Shown here: positions 62,165 through 64,000 of the stretch, piece by piece
Numbering within the stretch: the stretch's first letter is position 1
How the letters are laid out: every line of letters starts with the position of its first letter
Assembly: GCA_043228905.1 (NCBI GenBank)
Contig: JBHGNT010000005.1
Span: 23,002,001-23,066,000 of the forward strand
Source of the DNA: Azolla caroliniana
Lineage: Eukaryota; Plantae; Polypodiophyta
Length of the DNA stretch: 64,000 nt
Direction: 5' to 3'
The notes under the pieces: generated by a model
Seen by the model: the letters and a program-made list of their open reading frames with translations, nothing else
Told to the model about the DNA's origin: nothing
The model's database searches: none
Position numbers and translations under genes: made by a program

Positions 62165-63273
62165 TGTCGTGAAGATTTTCGGCAATAGTGTAAAAATCCC
62201 ATAAAACGTACGAAATCGAGTATGAATCACATAATAAAATAATTGTGAAGATAACATTTTAAATAAATTTAATATCTAAGTACAAAATGATGGAGGTTTC
62301 GAATGCACTTTATTACACGAGAAACAGACAACTAAATGTCAAGATATGAGGGTATAAAGTTTGTGAAAGGAAAAGAGAAAATTGTGAGATATCCCACATA
62401 GGCACGACAAATATGGCTCTCATCATATATAACGTAGAGCAAAAGATATTATCTTTGTGTCTATATGTGGAGCATAGAGAGTTCAAGGTAACTTGAACTA
62501 AGAGTGGAGGTGGGCTAGCTACTCGTAAAGGGTTTTGGCCAACCAAAACCGGACCGGCGATGGAGCTGGTGATCCGGCGGCGGCACCGGTATCCGGTGCC
62601 GGTCCGGATACCGGTGAGACGATGGCATCCGGCGAGGCACTGGTAACCGATGACATCCGGCGGCAACCGACGACGGCATCCGGCGAACCGGCGTCCGGCG
62701 ACTAGATAAATAAATATATAAATATATATACATATACAAGGAAGGCAATTAAGGATTTGAACCTTGCACCTCCAAGTTAGGAGTCAATTGGCTTACCATT
62801 AAGCCATGCTATTTAGTTGAATTTATATTTCTATCATTGTACTTTTACATGTAAATTCTCATACATGAGAGCTAAAATGAGTGACATGGTTATCATGCAC
62901 CACATGTAATACATAAGCGCCAAATGGCAAACATGCAATTTATGCATGTCTTGTACCCTCACATGCATCATATGCATGAGAGCAGCTATAAAAGAAGGAA
63001 GGGGGAGGAGAAAAACACGTTTTTTTTTTATGAAAATTAAGAGGAAGAAATTCGTTATCAAATTGATCGTGTAACTTGTTTCTTAAATCTAAAGTTAAAA
63101 GTTCAATCAATCTCTCTCAATCGTGTGATCTCAACTTCTCTCTTTCCCAATCTATCTTAAGTACTTTCTCGCTAAAGCTTGCGCCAAAGCTTGTACCGAC
63201 TTTGAATCCTTCCGGTCCAGAACCCCGGCGGTTCCGCCTCATGATCCGCGCGTAGTGACGGATCTTCACGACA
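62165..63273 (+). mobile_element. solo LTR of the Trp-primed Ty3 family
   Basis: 12-bp terminal inverted repeat TGTCGTGAAGAT/ATCTTCACGACA; TSD CCGG; TATAAAA ~62987; family U5 motif ~63215-63237. Confidence 0.85.
62752..62809 (-). other. tRNA-like Pol III A-box/B-box module inside the solo LTR
   Basis: - strand TGGCTTAATGGTAAG...GAGGTGCAAGGTTCAAATCCT, homologous to 39963-40018. Confidence 0.6.
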
Positions 63274-64000
63274 CCGGTTTCGGAGAATGCTCGGGAGGCA
63301 CGAAAAGGCCTTCGCATTCTCATCAGTTGAGATCAGGTGCGTAGACCCGACGACTATGGAACCAATGGTGATCTTCACAGTACCGCATGTACCGTGGAAT
63401 CTCAAACCGATTCCAGTACCCAGAGCTCACATCCCGAAGCTGATGGAGCTACTGAAACAGAAGGTGGATATGGGCATCCTCAAACCGTCGAATGCCCCGT
63501 ATTCTAATCGGTGATTTACATGGTGAACGCAATGAACAAAGTGTTAAGGGATTGTATCTCGGACATCACCATGCCATTCTTAGACGATATCCCAATCAAA
63601 GGATGCCCGATGGAGGATAAGGACGAGACAATCGGACCAGACGGATGCCGGAAGTTCGTGGCGGACCACGTCGATGACTGTGAGAAGGTGCTGCAAAGAC
63701 TAGAGGGCATGAGGCTCACCTTCTCTGGGGAAAAATCGGCTTTCGGGCAATCGGAGATCATGGTTGTCGGACACCTATCATTTGGTCGGAAACCGTCATC
63801 GGCCAAGGTAGAGGCCATCTCCGCGATGAAGTGCGACTGCAATTTAGTCATACAAGTCCGGAGATTCTTGGGAGCATGCGCGTTCTACCAGATCTGGATC
63901 CCACATTACACCCACGTCCCGGAGCTGCTCTATGGATTGCTGAAGAAAGGGGATGAATTTGAGTGGAGAGAGGAGCATACATAGTCGGTCCGGAAAATGA

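Larger units (their letters stand above)
58589..64000 (+). mobile_element. degenerate Trp-primed Ty3/gypsy, runs off the window
   Basis: LTR 58589-59459; PBS TGGTGAACCCGACGTGA 59464-59480; gag from 59503, CLWCDAVGHARKDC, protease VDHGSEIN, RT FLDDIPIKG with internal deletion ~63512. Confidence 0.9.

Noticed and set aside
62165-63273. DNA transposon suggested by the 12-bp terminal inverted repeat
   Set aside because: TG...CA ends, TATA box and family U5 motif identify it as a solo LTR

Overview
Eukaryotic, repeat-dominated plant DNA. The element mix (chromodomain Ty3 without a tRNA PBS, tRNA-Trp-primed Ty3, L1 LINE, legume-lectin RLK) suggests a non-seed land plant such as a fern; this is inference. 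The only clear host gene is an intronless L-type lectin receptor kinase (27883-29949, -). Bases 1-27.7 kb are a nested LTR-retrotransposon stack: an old copia contains a Trp-primed Ty3 (8249-27350), which contains a self-priming chromovirus (11702-22974), which contains an intact, very young copia (14342-19834). Bases 32-45 kb hold degenerate copia elements and a gag-only non-autonomous LTR element (39492-43157). Bases 45.4-49.8 kb hold a spliced, pseudogenised ~1370-codon P-element-like DDE transposase gene. Its putative upstream introns are microsatellite tracts that contain an L1 LINE (17-bp TSD) and a Mutator-like MITE. Bases 58.6-64 kb are another Trp-primed Ty3 with a solo LTR. Best leads: the P-like transposase with extra domains; tRNA-like Pol III modules in the LTRs of a CCGG-targeting Trp-primed Ty3 family; and the self-priming and -1 frameshift signals of the chromovirus. 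All alignments were done by eye and no database was searched.
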